A stretch of DNA of 64,000 nt. Origin: Thermodesulfobacteriota bacterium. GTDB lineage: Bacteria; Desulfobacterota_D; UBA1144; Nemesobacterales; Mycalebacteriaceae. Of the stretch, positions 42,765 through 53,343 are shown piece after piece. Numbering within the stretch: position 1 is the first letter of the stretch; every line of letters starts with the position of its first letter. The stretch covers positions 704,001 to 768,000 of the forward strand of contig OZ242184.1 of the NCBI GenBank assembly GCA_965205855.1. The letters run 5' to 3'. Under the pieces are notes generated by a model. The model was not told the DNA's origin, made no database searches, and saw nothing but the letters and a program-made list of their open reading frames with translations. The position numbers and the translations under genes were made by a program.

Positions 42765-43565
42765 TTAAGACGCTTTGAACGGGTCTTTTTTCTCCGTTAT
42801 GGAAGAAGCACTGGCCTTATTGTCGCCTCTGTTTTCCAGAAACGGCTTCAAAAGCTCAAGTGGCAAAGGCAGGATTATCGTTGAATTTCTCTCGGAGGGG
42901 AGGTCTGAAAGAGCTTGAAGGAACCTCAGTTGAAGAGATGCCGGGTTTCTTGAGAGGATGTCCGATGCTTCGGATATTTTCTGAGATGCTTGAAATTCTC
43001 CTTCTGCATTGATTACCCGCGCCCTTCTTTCTCTTTCAGCTTCGGCTTGCTTGGCCATTGCTCTCTGCATTTCCTGAGGCAGGTCAACATGCTTAACCTC
43101 AACAAGAGTAACTTTTATTCCCCACTCGTCGGTCTGAGCGTCAAGAACTTCCTGGAGTTTCAAGTTGAGCTCTTCTCTTTCAGTTAACAAATCATCCAAT
43201 TCAACTTGTCCGAGGACGCTTCTGAGAGTTGTCTGCGCAAGCTGCGAGGTAGCGTAATAATAGTTTTCCACTTTGACAATTGTGTTAACGGGATTAACCA
43301 CCCTGAAATATAAAACCGCGTTCACCTTGACAGACACGTTGTCTTTTGTGATTACGTCTTGCGGCGGAACGTCCATCGCTATTGTGCGAAGACTAATCCT
43401 CGTTAGTTTGTCAACAAAAGGAATTATCCATACAAACCCGGGGCCTTTGGTTCCAATAACACGTCCAAGACGCATGACAACGCCTCTTTCGTATTCCTTG
43501 AGTATCTTCGCTCCGGACATTATGAGCAGAAAAGCAATTATTATAAGAATGGTTATTGAAGACAT
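42765..43565 (-). CDS. SPFH/stomatin-like (slipin) protein
   Basis: EYERGV..RLGR, AQTTLRS and [10 protein letters not shown]. Confidence 0.93.
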   Translation of the reverse strand: MSSITILIIIAFLLIMSGAKILKEYERGVVMRLGRVIGTKGPGFVWIIPFVDKLTRISLRTIAMDVPPQDVITKDNVSVKVNAVLYFRVVNPVNTIVKVENYYYATSQLAQTTLRSVLGQVELDDLLTEREELNLKLQEVLDAQTDEWGIKVTLVEVKHVDLPQEMQRAMAKQAEAERERRARVINAEGEFQASQKISEASDILSRNPASLQLRFLQALSDLPSERNSTIILPLPLELLKPFLENRGDNKASASSITEKKDPFKAS

Positions 43566-43570
43566 TAGGT

Positions 43571-44950
43571 TTATTTTTCTCCTTTTTTTGGCAATGCGGC
43601 GGAGTCAGGTGAAATTCCGCCCGTTTTAACTTTGACCTTGATTTTCAGCCCTTTCTCTTTTCCCACAACAACAACCTCTTTTCCCTTTGCAAGAGAGTCG
43701 CCGCTTTCGGCTTTCCAATACTCACCGCCGACAAATACTATACCCTTGCTTCCATGCCAGTCAACAACTCTGCCTTCTCTGCCTTCGGTTGGTCCTTCTC
43801 CTCCCAGATAGGAAATTTTTGAGGAACGCACAATTGAGTAAACCACAAACGCGAAAAACATCCCGAAAGTGGCTCCCACTGTCGCAAGGATCTCGTAGCT
43901 TACCCTCAGCCCTCCGGTTTGTCCCGTATCAAAAAGCAGAATTCCTCCCGCAAGAAGCGATATGATTCCGGCAATCGCCAACAGACCGTAACTTGTCATG
44001 AAAATTTCAAGAACCATAAGCGCCGACCCTGTTGCTATAAGCCCAAGTCCGGCGTAATTAAACGGAAGCATTTGAAGCGAAGTGAAGGCGATTATCAATG
44101 ATATTACCCCGACAACACCGGGGAACACGCTTCCCGGATTGTAGATTTCCATCAAGATCCCTATGGAGCCTAGCGATAAAAGCAGGTAGGCGATGTTGGG
44201 CGAACCGAGAATGTTTCCCAACTTCTGGCGGGTCGTCATCCTGTGCGTGAAGATTTTTGCTCCCGATGTTGAAAGTTTTTTTGTTCCGTCGCGGACTTTG
44301 ACCGAGAGTCCGTCAACTTTTTCCAGCAGCTCGCCGATATTCGGCGCCGTGAGGTCGGCTATGTTGTTTCTGACCGCATATTCCCATGTTACGGACGAGC
44401 TCTCTGTTACCGCTTTAACAGCCCATTTTTCGTTGCGGTTTCTCTGTCGCGCAATGCTTTTAATATAGGATGAAGCGAAATTTTCTATTTTTTCTCCCGC
44501 CTTCCCTTCCCGTACTTTGCCTTTTGCCGTAACGGGATGAGCGGCTCCTATGCTTGTTCCGGGAGCCATTGCCGCCACATGGGACGCAAGAACTATAAAA
44601 GCGCCCGCCGATGTTGCGCTTGCTCCAGACGGTGCTACGTAAGAGATAACGGGAACTTCAGAGTTTAGAATGTTTTTGACTATTTCCTTTGTGGAAACCA
44701 GCAATCCGCCGGGAGTGTCAATAATTATTACAACGGCTTCGGCTTTCTTCTTATCGGCTTTGTCTATTGCCGTTTTGATAAAATCTTCGGAAAAGGGGTT
44801 GATGGTTCCGTTGATAGTTGCGACAACCACTGTTTTTTGCGGGATTTCAATTTTGTCTTCGGAGGCGGTGCACTCCCCCGCCCCGACAAGTAATACGAAC
44901 AGCACGGTAGAGTATAAGAGAGTTAAAATCTTTGATGTCTTGCCACGCAT
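43571..44950 (-). CDS. nfeD: NfeD family membrane-bound serine protease
   Basis: IDTPGG, SAG and IGAAHP, followed by a TM bundle and OB domain. Paired with slipin. Confidence 0.9.
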   Translation of the reverse strand: MRGKTSKILTLLYSTVLFVLLVGAGECTASEDKIEIPQKTVVVATINGTINPFSEDFIKTAIDKADKKKAEAVVIIIDTPGGLLVSTKEIVKNILNSEVPVISYVAPSGASATSAGAFIVLASHVAAMAPGTSIGAAHPVTAKGKVREGKAGEKIENFASSYIKSIARQRNRNEKWAVKAVTESSSVTWEYAVRNNIADLTAPNIGELLEKVDGLSVKVRDGTKKLSTSGAKIFTHRMTTRQKLGNILGSPNIAYLLLSLGSIGILMEIYNPGSVFPGVVGVISLIIAFTSLQMLPFNYAGLGLIATGSALMVLEIFMTSYGLLAIAGIISLLAGGILLFDTGQTGGLRVSYEILATVGATFGMFFAFVVYSIVRSSKISYLGGEGPTEGREGRVVDWHGSKGIVFVGGEYWKAESGDSLAKGKEVVVVGKEKGLKIKVKVKTGGISPDSAALPKKGEK

Positions 44951-44980
44951 TGCTTAAGGAAATATAATAACCGTCCGCCA

Positions 44981-45640
44981 ATGAACAACAATGACCAACC
45001 TTCCGGTTCTCCTGACTCGGCTTCCCAAAGCGGAAAACTTTCAGCCGTGATTTCCATCGCGGAGAAAATTTATGACCGTATCCTGTCAATGGGTGGCCTT
45101 GCCGCCGTTGCGGTTTTTCTTGTTCCGGTTGCGGGTGTTTTGCTGTATGCGGTTTTCGTTGATTCGCGGGAGAAAGTTCTTCTTGAAGGAAATAGAAAAA
45201 TGGGTGCCGCCATTGTCGCATATGAAGAAGGCAAAGTGGATGAATCTCTTCGGATTCTAGAAGAGATCAGAAGTGATTTTCCTAAACTCGAAATCGCGGA
45301 AGTCGCGGAGTATTACGAGGGGGCAGTTCTGTTCGGATTGGAAGAGGACTCGGAGTCTCTTGAGCGCATGGAGAGTTTCCTTTTGGGCTCTTCCGACACG
45401 ATTCTCAATTCCGAAGCAGTTTTCATGGCTGGGGTTTCAAGTTTTCGTCTTCAAAAATGGGAAAAGGCCGCAACGTATTTTGAAAGGCTGGCCGCGCTTA
45501 GGGGAACTCCTTATGAAGCGAGGGTTCTCCCTTTTCTCGTAACCGTTTATACTAAAACCGGAAATACGGAAAAGGCGGAATCGGTTTACGCCCGTTTTAT
45601 CAATTCTCTTCCCGAAGCCGATACGGAAACTTCAAAATAA
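44981..45640 (+). CDS. Membrane-anchored TPR protein (YfgM-like)
   Basis: One TM segment followed by TPR-like helical repeats. Confidence 0.65.
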   Translation: MNNNDQPSGSPDSASQSGKLSAVISIAEKIYDRILSMGGLAAVAVFLVPVAGVLLYAVFVDSREKVLLEGNRKMGAAIVAYEEGKVDESLRILEEIRSDFPKLEIAEVAEYYEGAVLFGLEEDSESLERMESFLLGSSDTILNSEAVFMAGVSSFRLQKWEKAATYFERLAALRGTPYEARVLPFLVTVYTKTGNTEKAESVYARFINSLPEADTETSK

Positions 45641-45678
45641 TTCCCCGGAATAATTTCTTGGGTTTCCTCAAGTCCGGC

Positions 45679-45945
45679 TCAAGACATGTGATTTTTTATA
45701 ATGAAGTCCACTCTGGTTTCATGATATAACAGGACATCAGTCAGGATGGATTTGACAAGTTTCTCCGTTTTTACAACGGAGCGTTTCCTCATCTCTTTTG
45801 TTATTAACTCTATGAGCCTGTTAAAATCTTCTTTTCTTGAGGGGGGTATTATTTCATTGTCGGCGATGTCAAAGGCTTTTGACACTATCTCTCCAAGTGC
45901 GATGAGTTTGTCTATGTCTTTTTCGTTTCCGGAAAATTTTTTCAT
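45679..45945 (-). CDS. Hypothetical protein (88 aa)
   Basis: ATG 45945 just downstream of the tRNA. Helical composition. Confidence 0.5.
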   Translation of the reverse strand: MKKFSGNEKDIDKLIALGEIVSKAFDIADNEIIPPSRKEDFNRLIELITKEMRKRSVVKTEKLVKSILTDVLLYHETRVDFIIKNHMS

Positions 45946-45955
45946 AAGGTAAATC

Positions 45956-46038
45956 TGCCGAAGGGGGGACTCGAACCCCCACGCCACAAGGGCACTACCC
46001 CCTCAAGATAGCGCGTCTGCCAATTCCGCCACTTCGGC
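45956..46038 (-). tRNA. tRNA-Leu(GAG), CCA not encoded
   Basis: Acceptor GCCGAAG/CTTCGGC, D-loop GGAATTGGCAGAC, anticodon arm CTATC-TTGAGGG-GGTAG, long variable arm and GGGGG-TTCGAGT-CCCCC. Confidence 0.95.
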
Positions 46039-46067
46039 TTACAGTTCGGGATTGTATCACAAAGATA

Positions 46068-47300
46068 TTAAGCTCCAAATTTTGCAAGCCGCCCGGCATG
46101 AGCGAGGGCGAGTGGCATTATCTCAACGGACCTTATTGTTCCAAGCTCTCCCGTGCGGCAATCCTTTTCGTTGAAGCCGCCTGCGCCTCCGATGCTGTGG
46201 CGTGATTTTATCAAAAGCGGAACCGGATGCCAGCTGTGGGACGACATCAGCGCCGGAGTTGAGTGGTCGCCGGTTATTATCAGAACATCGGGTTTCAGCC
46301 CGACAAGCCGCGGGAGCAGTTTGTCAAACTCACTTATGGCTTTTGCTTTTTCTCTGAAATTGCCGTCTTCTCCATACCTGTCAGTGGATTTGACATGCAT
46401 ATACACAAAATCAAAATCCGGGAAAATCTTTTCCACTCCGCCGACAATTTGCTTCACTTCTCCTCTTTCGGGACCGCACATTTCCATTCCTATAATTCCC
46501 GCAATGCCGCGGTACATCGGATATGCAGCGACGCACGCCGCCCGTAAACGGTATGTCTCACCGAATGGCTTGATTTTCGGCAATGTGGAAAATCCCCTGA
46601 GCAGTATGAAGTTCGCGTTTTTTCTGTTTTTAAGAATCTCACGCGTTTTTTCTGTGAATTGCTGGACAGTGCGCGCCGCAGAGACGGTTTTTTTGTCCCT
46701 GCGATCAGTTCTTGCGACAAGAGGAGAACCTCCTTCTTTCTGTGGGTCTGTGTCGCAAATATGTTCTCCGCCCGGCACCGGATGAGGAAATGTGAACACA
46801 ACGACAAATCTGTGTTCCAATCCGGGGTATATTCGTATTTTGACTTTTCCTATTTTTTTAATTGAATCTGATATTTTCTTAACCAGCGCGGCGCTTTGTT
46901 TTGTTGATATTCTTCCGGCTCTCCTGTCCGTAAGGATGGGGTTGTTATCTTTGATTTCAATATTTGCGAAGTTGCCCCTTGCTACCAAATCGTTTTTGCC
47001 CGGTTTTATGTCCAGACCCGTGGCTTCCAAAATTCCCCTGCCAACTTTGACTGACAATGGGTCGTATCCGAAAAGCCCCAGATGCGCGGCTCCGCTACCC
47101 GGAGTGATCCCCTGAGCGACAGGTATGTGGAAGCCGCACGAAGATGCGCGGGCGATTTTATCAAGGTTGGGAGTTTTTGCGCTTTCCAGTTCGGTTTTTC
47201 CTTTTTGCGGTAGCCCGCCAAGCCCGTCAAGCACACACATTATAATTTTGGAATTCGACTCTAAAGAAAGTTTCTCAACAACCGTGCGTATATCAGACAA
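46068..47300 (-). CDS. apgM: 2,3-BPG-independent phosphoglycerate mutase (ApgM type)
   Basis: LDGLGG, TPGS.AAHL.LFGYDP, GDHSTP and HSWHPVP. Confidence 0.92.
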   Translation of the reverse strand: MSDIRTVVEKLSLESNSKIIMCVLDGLGGLPQKGKTELESAKTPNLDKIARASSCGFHIPVAQGITPGSGAAHLGLFGYDPLSVKVGRGILEATGLDIKPGKNDLVARGNFANIEIKDNNPILTDRRAGRISTKQSAALVKKISDSIKKIGKVKIRIYPGLEHRFVVVFTFPHPVPGGEHICDTDPQKEGGSPLVARTDRRDKKTVSAARTVQQFTEKTREILKNRKNANFILLRGFSTLPKIKPFGETYRLRAACVAAYPMYRGIAGIIGMEMCGPERGEVKQIVGGVEKIFPDFDFVYMHVKSTDRYGEDGNFREKAKAISEFDKLLPRLVGLKPDVLIITGDHSTPALMSSHSWHPVPLLIKSRHSIGGAGGFNEKDCRTGELGTIRSVEIMPLALAHAGRLAKFGA

Positions 47301-48090
47301 CTGTTTTATCTCCCGTTTTCCTTAATTCAAAACTTACTCCGTCTTTGGCGGGTTCCACGTTTTCGGGAAGACTTTTCTTTAATTCACAATAGTCCATGTC
47401 GCAACTCATGTGTGTCAGAAAAACTTTTTTGGGAAGAATGATCCCTATCTGTTCCAGGGTTTGGTTAAGGTTGAAGTGCGACTGATGAGGTCTGTATCTA
47501 AGTGCGCCGATTATCAGAACCTCAAGATTGAAAAGTTTTTCCATTGTTTCCTCGGGAATTCCGTTGCAGTCTGTCAGATAAGCAAAATTTCCAATTCTAT
47601 AACCCAGAATCTTCCATGAACCGTGCATAATTTCCAGAGGAATAATTCGAGTTTGCCCTATGGAAAACTCTCCGTCTATTTCATTCAGATGAAGGTTCGG
47701 TTTCAGTTGTCCTGGGCTTTTGCCGCCAAATATATAACCAAAGTTTTCTCTCAAGTTTGCTGCGGTTGCGGAGTTCGCATAGCATTCTATTGTCTGTCTT
47801 CCAAAGCGTGTGAACGGTTTCAAATCATCTATACCGTTTGTATGGTCGGCGTGTGAATGCGTGTATAAAACTGCGTCTATTTGAGAAAAGCCTTCGCGCA
47901 AAGCCTGCAACCTCAAATCTGGAGATGTGTCTATAAGAATGTTAATCCCTCCGGTTTCCACAAACACCGAACTGCGTGTGCGGAAGTTTTCCTCCTTTCC
48001 GGAGACGCAGGTCTGGCAGTCACATCCTATGATTGGAACTCCGGTTGATGCCGCGCACCCGAGAACAGTTACTTTTAAAGAACAGTCCAA
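47293..48090 (-). CDS. MBL-fold metallohydrolase (PhnP-like)
   Basis: LG...STGVP.IGC.C..C, DTSPDLR and THSHADH. The long ORF-track N-terminus is antisense to polX. Confidence 0.88.
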   Translation of the reverse strand: MDCSLKVTVLGCAASTGVPIIGCDCQTCVSGKEENFRTRSSVFVETGGINILIDTSPDLRLQALREGFSQIDAVLYTHSHADHTNGIDDLKPFTRFGRQTIECYANSATAANLRENFGYIFGGKSPGQLKPNLHLNEIDGEFSIGQTRIIPLEIMHGSWKILGYRIGNFAYLTDCNGIPEETMEKLFNLEVLIIGALRYRPHQSHFNLNQTLEQIGIILPKKVFLTHMSCDMDYCELKKSLPENVEPAKDGVSFELRKTGDKTVV

Positions 48091-48163
48091 CTGGCTTTTC
48101 CACCGTCTTGCGGATAAATCCGCTTGCAAATAAAATATATACTGAAAACAAAGGTCTTTACAT

Positions 48164-49864
48164 ATGGGCACGAACTGCCAAATAGCGCGTTTATTTTCGG
48201 AAATAGCCTTAATGCTTGAAATCTGCGACTCAAATCCCTTCAAGATAAGAGCGTATAAAAACGTTGCCGATTCGATAAGCGGAATGGAAACAGACCTGTC
48301 AGATATGTCCGAGGCCGGTCGGAATTTTACTGAAATCAAGGGGATAGGAAAAGACATTTCATTAAAAATAAAGGAGTTTTTTGATACGGGAAGCATTGAA
48401 TACCACGCGCAACTGCGCTCCGAAGTTGGGGACGACGTGCTTGAATTGCTGAAAATCAGAGGTGTCGGCGTTAAAATGGCGCGTCTTTTTTCCGATTCGG
48501 GCATAAGCTGTGTTGATGAACTTGAGCGCCGCCTGAAAAGCGGCTCTCTCAATAAAATTCAGGGAATCGGAGGTAAAAAAGCACAGGCGATACTGGAAGC
48601 AGTTGATTTTTACAAGAGCAATCTTTCGGTTTACGGTCTTGGCAGGGCTCTTTCAGTCGCCCGTACTTTATGCGAAGAGATTTCCCTGATTGACGGAGTT
48701 TGTGATGTTCGCCCCATCGGGGGCCTGAGGAGAATGCGAGAAACTGTTGCAGAAATAGAACTGCTTGTGTCACTTGCAAGCGACAAGAATGCTTCCTACT
48801 TGTCTTTGTTTTTCAACAGCCTCTCAACCCTTTCGCATATAAAAAGCGTTGAGCGGGATGCGGAGGAACCGAAGGCAGTTCTTAGCACTAAATTTGAGAT
48901 AAGAACGGTTGTTTATGCAACGCCGCACCGGGATTTTATTTTCAATCTTGTGAAACTCACGGGTTCGAAATCCCACTGGGAAAAACTTCTCTCCGTAAAA
49001 AAAGACGAATTTCCACTCTCTTCAGGTGGCGAAAAGGATTTTTATCGCGCCTTGGGGCTTTCGTTTATTCCTCCCGAACTCAGGGAAGACAGAGGAGAAA
49101 TTGAAGCCGCAAAGAGGGGCGCCCTTCCTGAGCTTGTTGAGTTGACGGATATAAGGGGCGACCTCCACACCCATACAAGCTGGAGTGACGGCAAGAATTC
49201 TGTTGAGCAAATGGCGGTCAGAGCCAGAGAAATGGGATATGAATACATCGCGTTGACGGACCATTCCCCCTCTTCGGCCGTGGCGAACGGTCTGAGCGCC
49301 GAAAGACTTGCCCGGAAGATTGAGGAAGTTAGGAAGGTCAATTTCTGTCTGGATAAAATAGAGGTTCTGACAGGCGCGGAGGTTGATATAAAACCGGACG
49401 GCTCTCTGGACTATCCGGACGAAGTTCTTTCCGAGTTGGATTTTGTTGTGGTATCAGTTCACAGTTCCTTTTCCATGGAGCCGGATTTGATGGCAAAACG
49501 GATTACCCGAGCCCTTGAGAACCCTTTTGTTCATGCTCTGGGACACCCGACCGCGAGAATTATAGGCAAACGCGCGCCGTGCCGGATGGATATGGAGAAA
49601 GTTATGGATGCCGCCGCCCAAAACGGCAAATGCCTTGAAATAAACTCCTCGTGTCAAAGACTTGACCTTAAGGACGAGCACGTGAGCCTTGCCCTTGAAA
49701 AAGGGGTCGATCTTATAATCTCAACCGATGCCCATTCGGTTAAACAGCTTGGCACAATGGTGTGTGGGGTTGCCGTTGCAAGGCGCGGCTGGGCGCAGCG
49801 GACGGATTTTCTCAACACTTTGCCACTGAAGGATTTGCTTGCACGTTTGAAGGATGACAGATGA
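48164..49864 (+). CDS. polX: PolX/PHP protein with degenerate polymerase active site
   Basis: NPFKIRAY and HhH motifs. PHP motifs GDLHTHT, TDHS and STDAH. Catalytic DxD reads EIE. Confidence 0.9.
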   Translation: MGTNCQIARLFSEIALMLEICDSNPFKIRAYKNVADSISGMETDLSDMSEAGRNFTEIKGIGKDISLKIKEFFDTGSIEYHAQLRSEVGDDVLELLKIRGVGVKMARLFSDSGISCVDELERRLKSGSLNKIQGIGGKKAQAILEAVDFYKSNLSVYGLGRALSVARTLCEEISLIDGVCDVRPIGGLRRMRETVAEIELLVSLASDKNASYLSLFFNSLSTLSHIKSVERDAEEPKAVLSTKFEIRTVVYATPHRDFIFNLVKLTGSKSHWEKLLSVKKDEFPLSSGGEKDFYRALGLSFIPPELREDRGEIEAAKRGALPELVELTDIRGDLHTHTSWSDGKNSVEQMAVRAREMGYEYIALTDHSPSSAVANGLSAERLARKIEEVRKVNFCLDKIEVLTGAEVDIKPDGSLDYPDEVLSELDFVVVSVHSSFSMEPDLMAKRITRALENPFVHALGHPTARIIGKRAPCRMDMEKVMDAAAQNGKCLEINSSCQRLDLKDEHVSLALEKGVDLIISTDAHSVKQLGTMVCGVAVARRGWAQRTDFLNTLPLKDLLARLKDDR

Positions 49865-51912
49865 AAATGACCTATTCTTTTTCAAAAAGCCGTGCGCGCG
49901 GAGACATTGCCAAACTGAGAAAAGAAATAGAGAGGCACAACCGTCTCTACTATGAAGAAAACAGTCCGGAGATATCGGATTTTGAGTATGACAGACTTCT
50001 CAAATCTCTTGTGGAGATAGAAGAAAAATATCCCGATCTGGCTTTGCCAGACTCTCCCTCCCGCAAAGTCGGAGGAAAGGTTTCCGCAGGGTTCAAACCG
50101 TTGTCCCATATGAAGAAAATGTTGAGCATAAGCAACATATCCGCCGACAGGGAGGAAGACAACCGCCTCGAGAAGGCACGCGTTTTTAACAAAAGGGTCT
50201 CCAAAGAGTCACAAATCCCAGTTTTTTACACCACACAAATAAAATTTGATGGTGTTTCCGCCTCAATTATTTATGAAAATGGCATATTTGCCCGTGCGGC
50301 GACAAGGGGCGACGGCGCTGTCGGAGAGGAAATTACGGAGAATGTCCGGACAATAGATTCCGTTCCAAAATCTTTCGCGGACAGGAAGTCGGTGCCCGAT
50401 ATTGTTGAGGTTCGCGGTGAGGTGATAATCCTGCTTGATAATTTCAAAAAATTGAATGAAAAAGTGGAAAAATCCGAAGGCATCGTTTTTGCAAATCCGA
50501 GAAATGCGGCAGCGGGTTCGCTGAGGCAGATTGACCCGACTGTCACTTCTTCCCGTCCTCTAAATTTTTTCGCATGGGGAATCGGCCATATATCAGGTCT
50601 TGGCTTGCCTGATGAAACCACGGTTTTCAAAACACTTGAGAGTTGGGGATTTCAAACCGGAGGTGAGACGCATCTGTGTAGCGATATTGACGCCGCGGTT
50701 GAATTTTGTTGTGAGATTGAAAAAAAGAGAGAAAAGCTCGGTTACGATGCGGACGGGGTTGTAATAAAGGTGAATGATATAAGTCTTCAGCGCCGGCTTG
50801 GAGAGACTGCGAGATATCCGCGCTGGTGTATCGCATACAAGTTCAAGCCCCGACACCGTGAGACAATCCTGAAGGAAATAACCGTTCAAGTGGGCAGAAC
50901 CGGGGTTTTAACTCCGGTTGCGGAGCTTGAACCGATCAATATAGGCGGAGTAACTGTTAGCAGGGCATCGCTTCATAACGCGGATTTGGTAGCTAAAAAA
51001 GACATACGTGTCGGCGACACCGTGGTTGTCCAAAGAGCCGGAGATGTTATACCCGAGGTTGTTCAAGTTGTGAAAAAAAACCGTTTAAGCACCGGTTCCA
51101 AACCTTTTCAATGGCCTGTTGACTGTCCATCTTGCGGAACCCGGTTGCCGGGCGACGGTGCAATCTGCCGGGGAGCTTCCTGCCCGCGACAGCTGGAACA
51201 GAGCGTCGCTCACCTCGCCTCGCGCGGGGCCTTTAATATCAAGGGGCTTGGAGGTAGAACAATCTCAGCCCTTGTTGAGAAAGGGATGGTGAAAGACATA
51301 GCAGATGTATTTTCTCTTACAAAGGAGAATTTTACGCTTCTGGACGGATTTGCCAAAAAGTCATCTCTGGAACTTGAGACCGAAATAAACAAGAAGAAGA
51401 AAATTGACCTTGGCATTTTTATCTACGCACTTGGCATAAATAATGTCGGTCGACAGATTGCTGAAATTCTTGCCGCCAATTTTCCATCCGTTGAGAAGTT
51501 TTTTGCCGCCACAAATGATGAGTTGTTTTCAATCAGAGGATTGGGGGAAAAAACTGCACAATACATTACGGAATTTACCCATGGGAAAACGGGTGTTGAA
51601 CTCAAAGATAAAATGCTGAATCTTGGAGTGGAGATAAAACGCAGGGAACCGCCACGGAATCAAAAAGGCGCCGCTGCGGGTAAAAGTTTTGCAATTACCG
51701 GAAAGCTTCAAACAAGACGCTCGGACGTGCGGGAAGCCATATTTCGCGCTGGCGGAATTGCTGTCTCATCGGTATCCTCAAAAACGGACTATCTTGTCGT
51801 GGGGGCAGCGCAGGATTCGGGGAAAGGGAAAAAATTGAGGGATGGAAAACGCAATAATGTTAAAGTGATAGACGAAAAAACTTTGAGAAAGATGCTTGGT
51901 CTCTCAGGATGA
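49861..51912 (+). CDS. ligA: NAD-dependent DNA ligase
   Basis: KFDG, TRGDG..GE, NPRNAAAGSLRQ, Zn finger, HhH and BRCT. Confidence 0.96.
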   Translation: MKMTYSFSKSRARGDIAKLRKEIERHNRLYYEENSPEISDFEYDRLLKSLVEIEEKYPDLALPDSPSRKVGGKVSAGFKPLSHMKKMLSISNISADREEDNRLEKARVFNKRVSKESQIPVFYTTQIKFDGVSASIIYENGIFARAATRGDGAVGEEITENVRTIDSVPKSFADRKSVPDIVEVRGEVIILLDNFKKLNEKVEKSEGIVFANPRNAAAGSLRQIDPTVTSSRPLNFFAWGIGHISGLGLPDETTVFKTLESWGFQTGGETHLCSDIDAAVEFCCEIEKKREKLGYDADGVVIKVNDISLQRRLGETARYPRWCIAYKFKPRHRETILKEITVQVGRTGVLTPVAELEPINIGGVTVSRASLHNADLVAKKDIRVGDTVVVQRAGDVIPEVVQVVKKNRLSTGSKPFQWPVDCPSCGTRLPGDGAICRGASCPRQLEQSVAHLASRGAFNIKGLGGRTISALVEKGMVKDIADVFSLTKENFTLLDGFAKKSSLELETEINKKKKIDLGIFIYALGINNVGRQIAEILAANFPSVEKFFAATNDELFSIRGLGEKTAQYITEFTHGKTGVELKDKMLNLGVEIKRREPPRNQKGAAAGKSFAITGKLQTRRSDVREAIFRAGGIAVSSVSSKTDYLVVGAAQDSGKGKKLRDGKRNNVKVIDEKTLRKMLGLSG

Positions 51913-53238
51913 TTATTCTTTCCTCTTTATTGCCTCTTCAATATTTTGCGTGATACGTGTTTTTACCCAGAAAGGGTCCCACCACTCAATTGGCAAGACC
52001 GGATTCCCGCCCACATAGATTCCAAAGTGCAGATGGTCTCCAAACGCGAGTCCGGTTGCTCCGGTATTGCCTATTCTGTCTCCTTTGGAGACCGTATCGC
52101 CTCTTTTCACGGCCATAGAACTCAGGTGTGAGTACAATGTCGCGACTCCCATTCCGTGGTCCACTATCAGAGTGTTCCCGTATATTCCCAGGTCATCGGC
52201 AAATATAACAATGCCATTGTTTGAGGCGCGAACCGGATTCTTTTTTCGAGAGGCTATGTCGTAGCCGAGATGGAACTGTTTGTCTATCAACTCGCCTTTA
52301 AACAGATAGTCCCTTTCTTCAAACCCGGACTGCAATGACCCTACGGGTCTGATAAACTGCCCTTCCCACATTATTTTATTTGCCGTCTCGGAAAGGACTT
52401 TGGTGATTTTTGTTTTATTTACGGAGCGGATTTGACTGTTGACCAGAAGAAAAGCGTCTTTGAAAGAAGTTTTTTCAAGTGAGCTTAAAAGGGGGAGTAT
52501 CTTCATTTTGATAAATTTTTCGGTTATTTCAATATTCTGTTTCTGAAAATTTCTTCCCCTGATGGAATAGTCTAGGGGAAGATTCCTTGTGTTACCTATT
52601 TCATCTTTTGCCGTGACAAGAACCGTTTCGCCTTCGGGCAGGTCATACGGGTAGGAAAAGAAGGATATATGGATGTTTTCATCGGTCTGTCCGCTGTTGA
52701 AAGCCGCTTTGTGTCCCTTGAAGAATCGGTCTCCGATTTTTATGCCGCTTTTCAGGGTATCACTTGAGACTTTGTAAACGGCAATCCCCGAACCTGCGTG
52801 CGATATATTGTCAGTTGACGATATAACCGTTATTTTCGGAGGAGACAGGTCTGCTACAATGTCTTTTGTTTTGTTTACGGATGTTTCGCTGAATTTTAGA
52901 CTTTTAAGACCCCTGTATGATGTTGCCGTCGCCTTGATTTGCGCGGGGCCGTCTTCAATCCCAGCAAACGGACTCAACGAAACATTGACGATATCATCTT
53001 TGATTCCTTCGGGATATTGTTTGTTTTTCAGCAAAAGGGTTTTGCCTTGCGCGGAGTAAGAAATCTGGATGTTTTTGAGTCCCTTGCCGACCCCGGAAAA
53101 TTTTATCTCAAACGGTTTTGTTCCAACGGTAGTGGATTGCTGCATGAACTTAATTGAGGTTTTTGTGAAGCAAGAGCGTAAGGTGAACCCCATTGCCAGA
53201 AGCACAAAGATTATTAGCAAAAAACCCTTTTTTGTCAT
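51913..53238 (-). CDS. M23 family metallopeptidase
   Basis: HLGYD...YSHL...HLHF with an N-terminal anchor. Confidence 0.9.
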   Translation of the reverse strand: MTKKGFLLIIFVLLAMGFTLRSCFTKTSIKFMQQSTTVGTKPFEIKFSGVGKGLKNIQISYSAQGKTLLLKNKQYPEGIKDDIVNVSLSPFAGIEDGPAQIKATATSYRGLKSLKFSETSVNKTKDIVADLSPPKITVISSTDNISHAGSGIAVYKVSSDTLKSGIKIGDRFFKGHKAAFNSGQTDENIHISFFSYPYDLPEGETVLVTAKDEIGNTRNLPLDYSIRGRNFQKQNIEITEKFIKMKILPLLSSLEKTSFKDAFLLVNSQIRSVNKTKITKVLSETANKIMWEGQFIRPVGSLQSGFEERDYLFKGELIDKQFHLGYDIASRKKNPVRASNNGIVIFADDLGIYGNTLIVDHGMGVATLYSHLSSMAVKRGDTVSKGDRIGNTGATGLAFGDHLHFGIYVGGNPVLPIEWWDPFWVKTRITQNIEEAIKRKE

Positions 53239-53343
53239 TTGGAAGTTTATGGTGTTTCTTTTTAAGCTGTTATTCAGGCACTATAGTACATCCGTGATTG
53301 GTCGTTGTAAAGTTTTCAGGACAGTTTCCACGGATATTGGCAT

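Noticed and set aside
45679-46038. Island integrated at tRNA-Leu
   Set aside because: No integrase and no duplicated tRNA 3' end seen.
48091-48552. Long N-terminus on the MBL hydrolase
   Set aside because: Antisense shadow of polX.
50236-50253. LigA motif I reads QIKFDG rather than ExKxDG
   Set aside because: Catalytic Lys and the other motifs are intact; tolerated variation is likely.
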